A stretch of DNA of 64,000 nt, taken from Balanoglossus misakiensis (taxonomy: Eukaryota > Animalia > Hemichordata). The DNA lies in assembly GCA_040954595.2 (NCBI GenBank), contig CM082587.2, positions 10,235,403 to 10,299,402 of the forward strand, written 5' to 3'. The position numbers were made by a program, and so were the translations under genes. Below the pieces are notes generated by a model. That model had not been told where the DNA came from, ran no database searches, and saw only the letters and a list, made by a program, of their open reading frames with translations. Positions 37,355-48,699 of the stretch are shown piece by piece (positions within the stretch are counted from its first letter, which is position 1; every line of letters begins with the position of its first letter).

Positions 37355-39340
37355 GTCCGCCATCAAGTCGACCTCGTCAACATGCAGACATGTTCCATTG
37401 AAATGAACGGTAAAACGTACAAATACATTCTTAGCGTACAAGATGTATTTAGTAGATTTCTATGGCTCAGACCACTGACAGGTAAACGCAGTAAACAGGT
37501 TGCAGAAACACTATATACACTGTACAGTGAGGTAGGCACTCCCCGAGTATTACAATGTGATAACGGTGGCGAGTTTAGAAAGGCTGTAGAGCAACTATGC
37601 AATACAATGGGGGTCAAAATTGTACGAAGCTCTCCTTACCACCCTCAGTCACAGGGGAAAGTAGAAAGGTCTCATCGATCCCTTCGAAAGAAAATCATGT
37701 ACGACCTTCTTGTTAGGTCAAGAGGAGTCAATTGGGTCAGGACACTGAAAGATTATCAAAGGCTCTTGAACGACGAACCAATGGAAATACTAGGCAATCG
37801 CTCTCCATTTGAAGTATTCTATGGTAGAAAGTCAAATTGTGTTACACAGCGGCACCCTGGTGGTATGTGCCCCACTGAGAGCCTTACTCGACGTGATTCG
37901 GATGTTGGTCCTAGAGATGGTGACGTTGAAAACTACTTGACACGTGTCTCTGACATAAGAGCCAGGACAAAGGCGACATCACATGTTTGGGACCAGAGAT
38001 ATATTGATAGAAAGATGAAGAGGACTCAATTATCTGTCTATTCGGTGGGTGAGTCTGTCCTTATAAGATACCCATTTTCACGAACGGGACGTAGAGTACC
38101 AAAACGACAATTCGTCGTGAAGGCAAAGATTTTGAAGCGAAATCTACGAATATCTCGATACAAGGTTACTTATAAAGATCCAATCAGCAGCATTCGTCGA
38201 ATATCCTGGATTTCGGTCCAAGATATGACAAGTTTGACTGTTGAAGAGGAAAGACGCAAGAAAGAAATTGCTAAGAAACGAAAAATGGTCAACACAAACA
38301 GGAAAAGAAAGGCAAGACATCGCAAAATGTATTACATTCCACTTCATCGTAATAGCAATGATGAAGCTTTTTCTAGTCAGGGGTATACGATAACTTTCGA
38401 TCCAGATGCAGATGGTAACTGTCAATTTTCAGCCCTTGCATTCGCTCTGCAAAGTATGGGAATACACAGGTCTCACGCGAGTCTTCGTCAGGATATTGTT
38501 GAACATTTGACACGTAATCCAACTGCGATAGATGGTACTCCACTAGAGCTTTTTACTGCCATTTCTTGGTCGGATTATCTTGCCGATATGGCCAGGGATT
38601 CAACTTACGGTGATCACCTAACATTACAAACAGCAGCAAACCTCTACCAAGTTGAGATAATTGTTATATCAACTCTCAGTCCCGAAGCAAGAACCATCAT
38701 AAGGTCACAGTATTCACAACCTGTAGGTCGCATCTATCTTGGCCATTTTTCTGAGTGTAATGGCATGCATTACGTTAATTTAGCACCAAATGACCCACAA
38801 CACCTCGCCGTTTATAATACTGACCACACCGATTCTGAATCAGGCCAATCCCGGCACGAAGAGACGATCGAAAAGCAACCTTCACAGGAGATTAGTTCAG
38901 ATGAACAAGCCTCCGAAATAAATACAGAACAAAGACATGAAAACGTAATCTATAATCAGAAAACCACACGTCCGGACTTGCAGTCCATGCCAGATGAAGT
39001 CCTCGAAATGATAATTAGCTTTTCCTTAACAGGAAATAATCGTACAATAGTGGATACGTTCGGGTCACTTTTTGCAATAAATACAAGATTTCAGAGGTTA
39101 ACGTCCACGTTCATAAATAGATTACCACAAATTAGTTACAACCAAGACACATACGCCGGCTTTCACAGCATGAGACAAATATGTCGTGACTTTGGTCGAG
39201 GCAGTGTCTTAGTCTTAAGACTAAGGCAAATCATAAATAGTAACATGTGGTTTAATGCATGGGTGAATATCCTTTTCACAGGCAAACACGATTTGATGTA
39301 TGTGAGGGAGATCATTTGGAGGAATGGTAAAAGATATTGA
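37355..39340 (+). CDS. Exon 2: rve/DDE integrase core, OTU deubiquitinase, F-box-like motif
   Basis: Acceptor ttctcatttag|GTC is in frame and gives VRHQVDLVNM. The DDE triad is QVDL / QCDNGGEF / QGKVERSH (KRBA2/SCAND3-like). OTU motifs DGNCQF...YGDHLTL...HYVNL; F-box-like LQSMPDEVLEMIISFSL. Confidence 0.9.
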   Translation, partial: VRHQVDLVNMQTCSIEMNGKTYKYILSVQDVFSRFLWLRPLTGKRSKQVAETLYTLYSEVGTPRVLQCDNGGEFRKAVEQLCNTMGVKIVRSSPYHPQSQGKVERSHRSLRKKIMYDLLVRSRGVNWVRTLKDYQRLLNDEPMEILGNRSPFEVFYGRKSNCVTQRHPGGMCPTESLTRRDSDVGPRDGDVENYLTRVSDIRARTKATSHVWDQRYIDRKMKRTQLSVYSVGESVLIRYPFSRTGRRVPKRQFVVKAKILKRNLRISRYKVTYKDPISSIRRISWISVQDMTSLTVEEERRKKEIAKKRKMVNTNRKRKARHRKMYYIPLHRNSNDEAFSSQGYTITFDPDADGNCQFSALAFALQSMGIHRSHASLRQDIVEHLTRNPTAIDGTPLELFTAISWSDYLADMARDSTYGDHLTLQTAANLYQVEIIVISTLSPEARTIIRSQYSQPVGRIYLGHFSECNGMHYVNLAPNDPQHLAVYNTDHTDSESGQSRHEETIEKQPSQEISSDEQASEINTEQRHENVIYNQKTTRPDLQSMPDEVLEMIISFSLTGNNRTIVDTFGSLFAINTRFQRLTSTFINRLPQISYNQDTYAGFHSMRQICRDFGRGSVLVLRLRQIINSNMWFNAWVNILFTGKHDLMYVREIIWRNGKRY

Positions 39341-40792
39341 CTACCTCAAGTTCTTGAAAGTATCAAAGTAGTAAATTTAAACTGTATCTTCACTGCATAA
39401 TATTAAACAAAGATTCTTTCACGGAGAAACAAAACAGTTTTCACTCCAAACTCGGACGAGTCACGTGCAGAAATACGACGTGACCAAAGGATGCTGTCTC
39501 ACGTATGTTGAAGGTGGATTATGCAGGGAAGATATAGTTTAAATTTACTACTAAGTTATTGTTGACCTGCATAGATGAACCTTCGTTTTAGTTCAAATTT
39601 GATATTTGATAAATTGAATTTATTTTAGGGTTGAATTTATATATTAGATAATAGTTTGTATTCTCTATTTGTATTTAAAAGACTAATAGCTGCAACAGGA
39701 TCTATTTTGCCAGTGACAAGGTTTTGCAACGCATTTGACCAATTTATTTAGAGGAATTACCTGACTATATGGTGTTATTTTTGTCTCACAGTAAGATATT
39801 CAACAGAAACACCTTCCATGTATCTAGTTCCTTTTTGAATCAGGTGTTATTATGGAAAAGGTCAAGGGTGATGCTACCAACCAATCAAAACCTAAAAACA
39901 TAAGGTGACCCCAAAGGTCGGGCTATTCAAATCTTGGTTTGTTTATTTATATGTTTTATCCAAGACGTTTTGGATACGCGTTTATTTATATTTTACAAGT
40001 TTATATGTACATGTTTAGATACGATCAACAGGCTCTTCCTCATGCCTCAGCATGTCCAATAACATAGGTTTCCAGAAAAAAAATATTTTTTAATATATAG
40101 AAAAAAAGCTATTGTGTGTTAAATGTTCATTCATGGTCAGTTGTAATTCTTGCAATTTTTATTCAAAAACTTTTTGTTGAAGATTATTGTTGATGTTGAC
40201 GTTGACAATTTGATGTGTTTTTGTTTATAAAACTATATTTTCAGGATTAAAAATGTTAAAAATGTGTTTGTTTGTCTTGTTAATTTCGTTCGTATGTGAG
40301 CGTAATTAAGCCATCAACGAGATGAAACAGATATTGAACGCAATAAGGCCGAGCAATCTATTTGATGTGTACAAGGGTGTTCAGATCTAACGCTGGTGTT
40401 AAAGATGCGTGCACACTTCTTATTGTTAAGAAAGGTATACTTGACGCGTAAGGCGTTCAATATCAGGATCTGTTTCACTTTTGACGGGCAAGTAGTGTGC
40501 ACGGATGGTAAAGTGTAACCCCCCCCCCTGCCCCCATGTCTACAAGTGAGGGTTGAAGTGTCCTGATGTATATGGCTTCATTAATACATCAGATTCTCTG
40601 TCTAAAATTTGGAAATTTTCCATGTCATTTATGTGTCCTGGGTATTCTCTGTATATGTCTGGAAGCTTCCATCTGAGACAATATGTTGATGCCAGGCATG
40701 CGTACACAACTTGATTTCACTACTTTTATAAAGACTTCAGTTTTACTTCAACTCTATTGGGTTAATTTTACATATTCAAACACATAAGGGCA

Positions 40793-42810
40793 GTGTTATT
40801 ACATATTGGGTTAAGGTGTTATTACATTTTGGGTTAGTATTACATATTGGGTTAAGGTGTTATTACATATTGGGTTAGTATTACATATTGGGTTAAGGTG
40901 TTATTACATATTGGGTTAGTATTACATATTGGGTTAAAGTGTTATTACATATTGGGTTAGTATTACATATTGGGTTAAAGTGTTATTACATATTGGGTTA
41001 GTGTTACATATTGGGTTAAAGTGTTATTACATATTGGGTTAGTATTACATATTGGGTTAAAGTGTTATTACATATTGGGTTAGTGTTACATATTGGGTTA
41101 AAGTTTACTACATATAGGGTTAACGTTTATTACATATAGGGTTAACTAATAACGTATTTTTCATGTAGTATTAACGTTATTTCATGTAGAATTAACGTTA
41201 TTTCATGTAGAATTCAAGTTTACTACATATAGGGTTAACGTTTATTACATATAGGGTTAACTAATAACGTATTTTTCATGTAGTATTAACGTTATTTCAT
41301 GTAGAATTAACGTTATTTCATGTAGAATTCAAGTTTATTACATATTGGGTTAACTAATAACGTTTTTTTTCATGTAGTATTAAAGTTATTTCATGTAGAA
41401 TTAACGTTTATTACATATAGGGTTAACTAATAACGTTTTTTTTCATGTAGAATTAACGTTATTTCATGTAGAATTCAAGTTTATTACATATTGGGTTAAG
41501 GTGTTATTACATATTGGGTTAGTATTACATATTGGGTTAAAGTGTTATTACATATTGGGTTAGTGTTACATATTGGGTTAAAGTTTACTACATATAGGGT
41601 TAACGTTTATTACATATAGGGTTAACTAATAACGTATTTTTCATGTAGTATTAACGTTATTTCATGTAGAATTAACGTTATTTCATGTAGAATTCAAGTT
41701 TACTACATATAGGGTTAACGTTTATTACATATAGGGTTAACTAATAACGTATTTTTCATGTAGTATTAACGTTATTTCATGTAGAATTAACGTTATTTCA
41801 TGTAGAATTCAAGTTTATTACATATTGGGTTAACTAATAACGTTTTTTTTCATGTAGTATTAAAGTTATTTCATGTAGAATTAACGTTTATTACATATAG
41901 GGTTAACTAATAACGTTTTTTTTCATGTAGAATTAACGTTATTTCATGTAGAATTCAAGTTTATTACATATTGGGTTAAGGTGTTATTACATATTGGGTT
42001 AGTATTACATATTGGGTTAAGGTGTTATTACATATTGGGTTAGTATTACATATTGGGTTAAAGTGTTATTACATATTGGGTTAGTATTACATATTGGGTT
42101 AAAGTGTTATTACATATTGGGTTAGTATTACATATTGGGTTAAAGTGTTATTACATATTGGGTTAGTGTTACATATTGGGTTAAAGTGTTATTACATATT
42201 GGGTTAGTATTACATATTGGGTTAAAGTGTTATTACATATTGGGTTAGTGTTACATATTGGGTTAAAGTTTACTACATATAGGGTTAACGTTTATTACAT
42301 ATAGGGTTAACTAATAACGTATTTTTCATGTAGTATTAACGTTATTTCATGTAGAATTAACGTTATTTCATGTAGAATTCAAGTTTACTACATATAGGGT
42401 TAACGTTTATTACATATAGGGTTAACTAATAACGTATTTTTCATGTAGTATTAACGTTATTTCATGTAGAATTAACGTTATTTCATGTAGAATTCAAGTT
42501 TATTACATATTGGGTTAACTAATAACGTTTTTTTTCATGTAGTATTAAAGTTATTTCATGTAGAATTAACGTTTATTACATATAGGGTTAACTAATAACG
42601 TTTTTTTTCATGTAGAATTAACGTTATTTCATGTAGAATTCAAGTTTATTACATATTGGGTTAAGGTGTTATTACATATTGGGTTAGTATTACATATTGG
42701 GTTAAGGTGTTATTACATATTGGGTTAGTATTACATATTGGGTTAAAGTGTTATTACATATTGGGTTAGTATTACATATTGGGTTAATTATTACATATTG
42801 GGGTGATACA
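40793..42810 (-). repeat. Right terminal minisatellite array (TIR arm) with ~480-bp higher-order repeats
   Basis: Reverse complement of the left array units; sequence from 41041 recurs exactly at 41521 and again near 42207. Confidence 0.92.
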
Positions 42811-44492
42811 TAGACACGCTATGGTGGCCGGCTCTTCCTTACCGTCCCACCTCACAACTCTATACAATAAAACTGTGCGACTTGCATCGAATTGCATGTA
42901 TTTATATCGTGATTAATGCTATAAGACAAGGTTATTGACCGAATTAAGTAAGAGAATACTCAATATATGGATTTTTCCATTTCCCACCAATCCGACATTT
43001 TAATCAATACTATCAAAGTCCGTTACAAGAGAAACTTATCTTTTTGAGAGGGCGTCGGTCACATGAAAGCAAACATCCTGTAACCAAGGGAAACCGTTTT
43101 AACTGTTCTAAATTCACAGTACATACAATGTATATAGTTATCGTAGTAGGCCTAAATTGAACGAAATCGCGATTAACTTGGTTATTTCTACCCTCATTGC
43201 CCACTATGGTATCGGATATGTTGACCATGCCCACCAACGCTATCTCAGCTACAATGTCGAATTTATTAGCACTGGTCCCCAGAGTCGTGACGTGGGCATA
43301 ATTTCACCAGGCGACACTAAAACTATCGAAGACTTATTTAATGAATGGAGAGCTTGTATATACGGAGTGTGATATTTTATTTAGTGGAATGTTATTTCAT
43401 TATGGCGGTTCTCCTGTCGATCGGCCCTGGACCATGTGCCTGTTGTACCCATGTGTGCTTTGGGGGTGCTAAATCATTCAAGGGTTTGATTTCCTGGAAT
43501 TACACAATCGAAAAATGAAACGTCAGTAAACTTACCACTAAACTGTATATAATGGTGAAAAACACACAATATATCCTAAACAATGTTAAAATTAATACAA
43601 AATGCACTTACCCGATTGAACTCCAGTGCCTTCCGTATTCATGTTCGCAGACTTCTACATTTAGATTGGACATGAAACAAGGTTAATTCCTGTGCATGTA
43701 TTCACAAATTCGATTGCTAAACATATCCAGCTAACTATGCATGTACGTCTGTCTGTCTGAGCGTCTGTCTGTCTGTCTATCTGTCTGTCTGTGTGTATGG
43801 GTGTGTGTGTGTGTGTGTGCGCGCGCGCGTGTGTGACTGACGTGTTAAAACATAGAAAAAATGTAATACAAGCTATGGGAATGGAATCTAAAATCATTAA
43901 TGATTACAACAACGAATTGCGCCACTTACCAGTTCATAACCAGAAGATTTCTTGAGCTCCTCATACAAAACGTAGACCGTTGTATTTTCACTGAAAGTAA
44001 CATTTTTGTTTTCCTTTTTCTTACTTTCTGCCTGTTTCTTATTTTCTGCCTCTGCAAGGAGAAATGAAAAGTGTCATAAACTATTAGACCTGTTCTCATG
44101 CACAAAGTAGCTGAAAACCCTTTTCTAAATTGAAATAACATGGCAACTTCAAACCTGTGTGCGGCTAATTCTGTCTGCCTGTCTCCCCCTCTCTCTGGTT
44201 CCCCTCAGCTCATTCTCCTCCATCTCTTGGACGCAAACACACTACGACATTGTGACGCCATAAGAATAATTCACACTGACCTTGAAATACAATCTAAGAT
44301 TAACGTCACTTATGAATCACTGAAGATGTGAAATCTCGAAGTTACCTTTTGACCTTTGTGCTGCATAATACGCCCCGGCCCGGTGACCATATTTGGAAGA
44401 CACGTTCAATATCCGGATCTACTTTTGTTTTTATTGCGCGAGATTCGAAAGTTGTCGTCTGCTCCACTTCACTGCGCTGAGTACGATAAATT

Positions 44493-45580
44493 ATGGCAGC
44501 GGACGATATTATCCGGTGGATGGAAGAAATTCCAAAAGACGAATTAGATGTTTTACTTTTCGGACTCGAAGGAGAAAGCGAGGCAACAGTTGGTGAAGAT
44601 GATTTGGCAAGTGTGAACGATTTCATCAAATCGCAAAGAAAACCGAGCACGGTTCGTACGACTGAGCGAGACGTAGCAAAGGTACGGCGTTTCATTGAGA
44701 ACAAATACGGGGACACTCGCAACTTAGCGGAAATACCACCCAAGACGTTGAACGAATATCTAGCAACATTCTTCGTCAATCTCAAAAAAGCTGACGGCAC
44801 TGACTACGAACCAGGCTCTGTTTCAGATGTAAAGTATAGCGCAAAACAACTATGGGCAAAACAACTATGGGGTGTTGTTGAATGACAAGAGCTTCGCGTT
44901 GACAAATGACGCAATTAAAGCTAAACGGATGCAGCTAAAGAAGTCTGGCATGGGCTCTGGCAGTCATGCTAGTGAAGCTATATCTCCAGAAGAAGAGGAG
45001 GCAATGTGGAAAGAAGGCAAACTTGGCAGCGCTGACGGTGACACCTTGAATTTCACTCTGTGGTATTTATTCACGAAGCACTTCGGTCTACGCGGTCGGG
45101 ACGAGCACAGAAAACTGTGCTTCGGAGACATCACTATCCAAAGGGATAGCTCTGGCCTCGATTTTTTAGAGTTCCGGGAACGCGATACCAAAACACGCGA
45201 TGGAACATATGGAGATCGTCGTGCCGTTTGGTGGGCGAAAAACAAATCACTCTGTACGGAAGACAACCGTTCAAACACAGACGAAGGCAGGAATCCCACC
45301 ACAGCAGATAATAAAAATAACCGGACACAAAAACGTCTCCAGTCTACAACACTACGACACCGTTTCGATTGAGGATCACCGGCGCATTTCAGCAATTCTA
45401 AGCAAGCCCAGCAGTAGCACTCCTGAAGACACAAAACCCGGTCCATTCAAACAACAAGCAGCTCCAGCCATAGTTTTTAACAACTGCACTATACATATGT
45501 GCATGCCATCGACGGCTGGAGCTGGAGCCGCAAGGAAACGTCCGCGTCCGTTTGTGATGTTTGATTCGGATAGCGAGTAG
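44493..45580 (+). pseudogene. Crypton recombinase copy 2 (same frameshift plus 224-bp deletion)
   Basis: Junction gtgccgt|ttggtggg at 45227/45228 lacks copy-1 bases 27807-28030. Confidence 0.9.
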
Positions 45581-46029
45581 TCTTAGCGAGACTTCCGGGT
45601 ATGGGGCACCGCCGGTGATGGGGGCCGCGATCGAACACTTTGTTATTAATTTTGAGAGACTGAATTGCGTTTTTTCACCTTTGCTGTTTTAATGTTCTTC
45701 TAAAATATTTTAATGTTCATTAAAATTGTTATTGGTACGTCTGAATGCCATTTGTCTGGTTTGCGCCTATCGACACGATCGTCGTGTGGATAAGGGAAAA
45801 AAAATGCTTTATCGACACGATGATCGTGTCGATAATGTAGTTTTCCTTACCTATCGACTCGATGGTCGTGTCGATAACGTGTGTTTTTTTGCTTATCGAC
45901 ACGGTGATCGTGTCAATAAGAAGCATTTTCAGCTTATTTGCACGATCACTATCGTGTCGATAAGCAAAAAAAACACGTTATCGACACGATGGTCGTGTGG
46001 ATACGTAGTTTTTCTTACTTATCGACACG

Positions 46030-47843
46030 CAGTCAGATCGCATGGTGCTCATTTGCATATTAAAGTTCGTCAAGCCACCGACCATTAACTTTCAAACAGA
46101 CGGCAATAGGCCAGTTTTCAAGGTGATTTTCAACTTGATTTTTACACTCCTTGATACAATAAAATACCATGCTAGCTCGATAAATTACAAAAGTGATTCC
46201 CATTTTACACTGCAGACGTGAATATTATGAGAATCTGTCGGTAATAGTAGTAGTTTTTAACGTGTTTTCGGTGGTATGTTGGTGACCTCGGAAGAGACGT
46301 CCACAAACGTGCCAAAAATCATTTGAAGTCGACCTCGGAAGTTAACCAAGTTTTCGTGACAGATAGGTCTAATATCGGTCCCAACATCCGTGAAAAGAAA
46401 TTAATTCGAAATGCCTGTGTAACGTTCAGCTTAAAAATAATCGATGTACTTCGACGATATGACCCGGAAGTATAGGCCCTACGTTGACCTCTCAATGTTC
46501 GGCTTGTAAATACGGAAGTGTTGCGTTGCTCGTGAAACGACGCGTTTATCGTGGGGAAAATGGTTTCTAAAAGACACTTGTCAAGTAAAAGTTACTGGAT
46601 AGTGTATAACACTCTAAGGTAACATATTAGCCAAGTTTTATCTTAATTACTGGCTTGATTTCGACACAACATCGATCAATCGCACGAGTGCCGCGCCCGG
46701 GTGCTCCACACGCCGTACGCCTACATTGGGCTACAAACAAATACAAAATGTATTTGATTACCCATGCACAGAATGCCAGGTTTACCGTACGTGACTACGT
46801 ATGAGGAGCTCAGCTGGCGTGTTTTTATTTGTTCTCTCCTTATCGTGGGATATAAGTAGACTTTTCGAATATGCCAAGTGTAACTTCGAAACCACTTCCA
46901 TTTATTCGCTGATGATATATGCAATAAATACAACATTTGTGTCTGAAAGCGAGCGATTTGTCATCATTGCATTGGGTCGATAAATAATAATAATAGTAAT
47001 TTATTTATTAAACAGTGTTCAAAATACTACTACAAAATACAGAATGAAGAGTTAAAAATACAACAAAATACAGAATAAATTGTCAACTCAGACAGCTAAA
47101 ATAAAACAGTCAACTGCAACACCACCACCACAAAAATCAGTCTTCATCAATCTGAAAGAACAATAAAAAAAGTGAGTTTCCTTGACGGGCAAACCTTCAT
47201 AAAATAATTGTTAGGGTTTAGTAAAACTCGGGATTACATATCAGCAATCACAATTTCTTCGCACGAGAGAGGAAGGAAAACGTCGCAGCCGGTTCAATCC
47301 CAGGATCAAGCCTGCGCCAGCGTATATACATACACATGCATGCTGTCTTCTCCCGCCATTTTGCAGAAGAAGTGGCGCTCACGGGTTGAAAAGTAAACAA
47401 AATTGAACTGTTCATATCGTCACTATGAAAGCTTGGAAGTGAATGAAAACTCAAAGAGAGGGGGTTGATATCTATATTTTGATAAAAGTTTGAAATTTCG
47501 TGGTAAAATCCATGTTTAACGGTCAGCTTAAAAATAATCGAGAGGATGTCAACGCTATGTGTTTTTTCACAGTCGTCAGAAATTTCGCGATTACAAAGAA
47601 ACTACTCGACAGAAGTTGCCAAAAAATCATTCAGTAACAATCCAGTATACCTACAAAATGTACCTTCGAGTGAATCCACGGTTTTGTCTTAAAATAATCC
47701 ACATCGCCTGAAAACAGCTCTATAATATCGAGTAAAAAATGGCCTATTTCGAGACCCGTCAGCGGGGCCCACTCTAACGGCTACATGGTTTGAAGTACTT
47801 TCCCTCATTTACATATGTTAATGAGTACCGTGCGATCTGACTG
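46030..47843. mobile_element. Nested non-autonomous TIR element, 4-bp TSD CACG
   Basis: CAGTCAGATCGCATGGTGCTCATT / AATGAGTACCGTGCGATCTGACTG; it interrupts one subterminal repeat of the outer element. Confidence 0.8.
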
Positions 47844-48699
47844 CACGGTGGTCGTGTTGATTATCAGCATTTTTTGCTTATCATCGTGTGGGTAAGCAAA
47901 AATTCCAGTTATCGACACGATGGTCGTGTCGATAAGAAAAACAAACGGATTATCGACACGATGGTCGTGTCGATACGTAGTTTTTCTTACTTATCGACAC
48001 GATGGTCGTGTTGATTATCAGCATTTTTTGTGGGCGGACATTATAAAAACTGACAGATAGCTGCAATGAATGTAGCGGGAAAAGGGGTAAGGGTGGGAAA
48101 GAGGGTGAGAGAGAAGAGAAAAATTACTAAGTAGACAGACAGACAACTATAATTTTGACGTACACAATTTCAATTTCAGTGGAGTAAACTTTTTAATTTT
48201 GACAGTAAAACTTTAATTTTACTTTACACAACTCTTATTTTAGAGAACAAAAGTTTAATTTCCGAAAGCCAATTTTATTTTTTCCGAGAGTAAAATTTTA
48301 AGATTTTTTTCCAAAATAAACTTCTAACACTTGAGATAAAATATTATCTATACTACATAGAATTTTTTTATTTTCAGAAAGAAATAGTTAATTTTGTAAA
48401 ACTTTTTTTAAGTAACATTACTTTTCGCGGGTGAAAATTTTATTTTACAGATGTAAATATATTTTTATCTAATTTCTAGTTACACAACTTATGGGGTCGC
48501 TCTTTCTATTGCTACTGACAAACTTTTTCATGGGGGCGCTATTCAGGTTTCGGTGTACAAATTTTTTAGATAGATGCACAAAATATTTTTCTGAGAAAGC
48601 AAAATACTTTTTTAGTCGCGGCGGAAGTGAAGGTATCCCACAATTCCCACCTTTCAGGACGTTACAGGAGTATACATTCCCAACAAACAGACGGGAATA

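Larger units (their letters stand above)
34013..42810 (+). mobile_element. Ginger/GingerRoot-like integrase DNA transposon, 8798 bp, 6-bp TSD
   Basis: Termini TGTATCACCCCAATATG / CATATTGGGGTGATACA. TSD TAGACA at 34007-34012 and 42811-42816; single TAGACA at the empty site (~25388) in copy 1. Confidence 0.92.

Noticed and set aside
34013-42810. Polinton/Maverick or LTR retrotransposon
   Set aside because: Despite the 6-bp TSD and integrase, there is no pPolB, ATPase, capsid, RT or direct LTRs.
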